Assembly (NCBI GenBank): GCA_017444065.1
Contig: JAFSXJ010000018.1
Coordinates: forward strand, 1,778-65,777
DNA from: Paludibacteraceae bacterium
GTDB lineage: Bacteria; Bacteroidota; Bacteroidia; Bacteroidales; Paludibacteraceae
Direction of reading: 5' to 3'
DNA length: 64,000 nt
The first letter of the stretch is position 1. Each line of letters opens with the position of its first letter. The notes beneath the pieces were generated by a model. That model saw only the letters and a list, made by a program, of their open reading frames with translations. It was not told where the DNA came from and did no database searches. The position numbers were made by a program, and so were the translations under genes. Shown here one piece after another: positions 62,344 to 64,000 of this stretch.

Positions 62344-64000
62344 TTACTGGAAATCTATTGCCAATTTGATGTTATAGCGTCTGCCGGTGAGGTAGTTGGG
62401 GCTTGCCCACTGGTTGCCGTCCACGTCACTGACCCAGAAATACGAGTTGACGTTCCGCCAGTCCACCAGATTGAACACCTCAAAGCCTATCGTCCATTGC
62501 TTGATATGCTTGGCCTTCTTCATGTACGCATAGTTATGCGCATTGCTCACGTGCGTCAAGCCAAGGTCAATGCGCCGGTAGTCGGGCATACGCCCTTGGC
62601 CGCGCAAAGCTATGCTACGTGGTGCACCGTAAGGCAGTCCCTCGCTCCACACGAACTTGAGGTGAGCGTGCAGTTGCGGCAATTGCGGCAGGTAGTCCTG
62701 GAAGAACATCGCAAACTGATAACGCTGCTCTTGCGGTGCGTGCAGCCAGCCAAGTTCAGGATGAGTGAGCAACTGCTCTCGCGAACGCATGGTGGAGAAA
62801 CTGATCCAGCTGTCTGCACCCGGCACCAGTTCGCCGTAGAGCTTGAGGTCCAGACCAATCGTATAACCGCGTACATCGTTCGTGCCCGAGTAACGGACGC
62901 GCACATTGTCGACCGTGTAACTTGTTCCGCGGTCCATGTACTTGGCGTACGCCTCGGCCGTCAGTTTGAACGGGCGTCCCATGGCGCGGAAGTAATAATC
63001 CGTGCCGAACACAAGTTGCGTGGTGCGTGCCGCCTTCAGCTTATCGTTCAGGTGGATGCGTGTGATGCCGAAATTGTCCGTCAGTGTATCACGCATCTCC
63101 TTGTAGAACGGCGCCTGATAGTACAGACCTGTGGCTATACGGAAACTGATGTCGCGTTTCCAGCCCGGGATGATGACCACCGAGGCACGTGGCGATACAA
63201 GCACCTCGTTGTTGAAGCTCCACCAGTGCAGGCGTGCGCCGCCGGTGAGTATAATCTTCGCGTTGTCCGTATGCCAGGTATAGGAGTCCTGCAAATACGC
63301 CTGCACACGTCCGCTGAGCATCGAGGTGTCTGAGCGCATGGCGTAGTAGAGTTCCATGCCCTGTTCGGTGTGCGGCAAGGAGTAGCCGGCACTATCGCGC
63401 CACTCCCACTCGTTGATGCGGTCGGTAATCTTCTCCACCTGCCCGCTCACGCCCCAGCAGAGTTTGTTCGCGTCATGTGCCCATTCGCCTGTATGCTGCA
63501 AGGTCGCCACTCCGGCTGTCAGGGTGTTGCGCGCATGCTCGTGATAGATACCCTTGCCGAGTACAGTGGCGGTCTCGGTTGTTTCTGATGAGATGACCTG
63601 CCCGTCATAACCGTGACCTGTCTCCGAGCCGTCCATCGGGTGGTCGCTGAGGATATACTCGCCCTGTATGTCGTAGGTCTCGCGTTCGTTGGTGTAGAAC
63701 CCACTTGCATCAAAACCTATCTTCACTTCGGGTGATACATGTCCGCTGACGCTCAATGCGCCAAAGGCTGTCTGGAAGAGATCCTGCTCCTGACCGTCGT
63801 AGTAGATGGTCAGGTTTCGCGCAGTCTGCATCGTGCCGAACGACGAAGACATACTGTCCGGCGTAAAGCCGTAGGAGTTGAGACTGTAGTTGGCAAGGAA
63901 GGCTATTGTCCAGTCGGTTTGGCGGTTGAGCCGCCAGGTCATGTGTGTCTGGTAATCCAGGAAGTGCGGCCGGTAGTTGCCCTTCGTCTGGAGTGAGCCG
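62344..64000 (-). CDS. TonB-dependent receptor, C-terminal barrel part; N-terminus lies beyond the window end
   Basis: The track shows 62344-63942, but the frame stays open to position 64000 (hand check). Has the beta-barrel strand pattern typical of TonB-dependent receptors. Its stop codon directly abuts the mutS start codon. Confidence 0.75.
   Translation of the reverse strand, partial: GSLQTKGNYRPHFLDYQTHMTWRLNRQTDWTIAFLANYSLNSYGFTPDSMSSSFGTMQTARNLTIYYDGQEQDLFQTAFGALSVSGHVSPEVKIGFDASGFYTNERETYDIQGEYILSDHPMDGSETGHGYDGQVISSETTETATVLGKGIYHEHARNTLTAGVATLQHTGEWAHDANKLCWGVSGQVEKITDRINEWEWRDSAGYSLPHTEQGMELYYAMRSDTSMLSGRVQAYLQDSYTWHTDNAKIILTGGARLHWWSFNNEVLVSPRASVVIIPGWKRDISFRIATGLYYQAPFYKEMRDTLTDNFGITRIHLNDKLKAARTTQLVFGTDYYFRAMGRPFKLTAEAYAKYMDRGTSYTVDNVRVRYSGTNDVRGYTIGLDLKLYGELVPGADSWISFSTMRSREQLLTHPELGWLHAPQEQRYQFAMFFQDYLPQLPQLHAHLKFVWSEGLPYGAPRSIALRGQGRMPDYRRIDLGLTHVSNAHNYAYMKKAKHIKQWTIGFEVFNLVDWRNVNSYFWVSDVDGNQWASPNYLTGRRYNIKLAIDFQ

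Noticed and set aside
1-64000. Search for CRISPR arrays, rRNA and tRNA genes, integrases, transposases and reverse transcriptases
   Set aside because: I saw no regularly spaced 25-40-bp repeats, no cloverleaf-like or rRNA-like segments, and no ORF with tyrosine/serine recombinase, DDE or RT motifs. This was a visual scan only; tRNAscan-SE, Infernal and CRISPR-finder runs would be decisive.

Overview
A Bacteroidota chromosomal segment, Bacteroidales and Prevotella-like. Support: T9SS C-terminal sorting domains, TAnnTTTG-type promoter boxes, a serine palmitoyltransferase, and a Bacteroidetes-type dcw cluster with an FtsL-like gene. All statements come from reading the sequence and ORF track by eye; no searches were run. 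Layout: (1) 1-9.3 kb housekeeping genes: a membrane protein, a TPR/PD40 protein, an SDR plus spt pair, miaA, a GH53 galactanase and a CDF transporter. (2) 9.4-28.0 kb: one tightly packed minus-strand operon encoding three T9SS-sorted surface proteins (1060, about 1001 and 3191 aa), interleaved with two paralogous outer-membrane beta-barrel proteins, one carrying an OmpA domain. (3) 28-35 kb: ubiE/menG, a TonB-dependent receptor, an anomeric amino-sugar-kinase-like/RapZ-C fusion, a MurU-like nucleotidyltransferase and a lipid kinase. The kinase and the nucleotidyltransferase each carry an in-frame copy of one structured ~100-bp repeat. (4) 34.9-59.6 kb: the dcw cluster rsmH-ftsL-like-ftsI-murE // mraY-murD-ftsW. 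It is split between murE and mraY by ~16 kb. About 13 kb of that is an AT-rich accessory/defence island: a DUF1016 nuclease, KilA-N, a GNAT-ASCH-like fusion plus ASCH, Abi-alpha, a BcgI-like nuclease-methylase plus S subunit, AlbA_2 plus GIY-YIG/DUF4357, a frameshifted rhuM, a phosphoesterase and a GNAT. A host-like YdiJ-type FAD/Fe-S oxidoreductase follows. (5) 59.6-64 kb: mutS and a partial TonB-dependent receptor. I saw no rRNA, tRNA, CRISPR array, integrase or transposase. The best candidates for something new are the GNAT-ASCH-like/ASCH pair and the AlbA_2/GIY-YIG pair in the island operon, the duplicated cargo-plus-barrel T9SS operon, and the in-frame repeat element.
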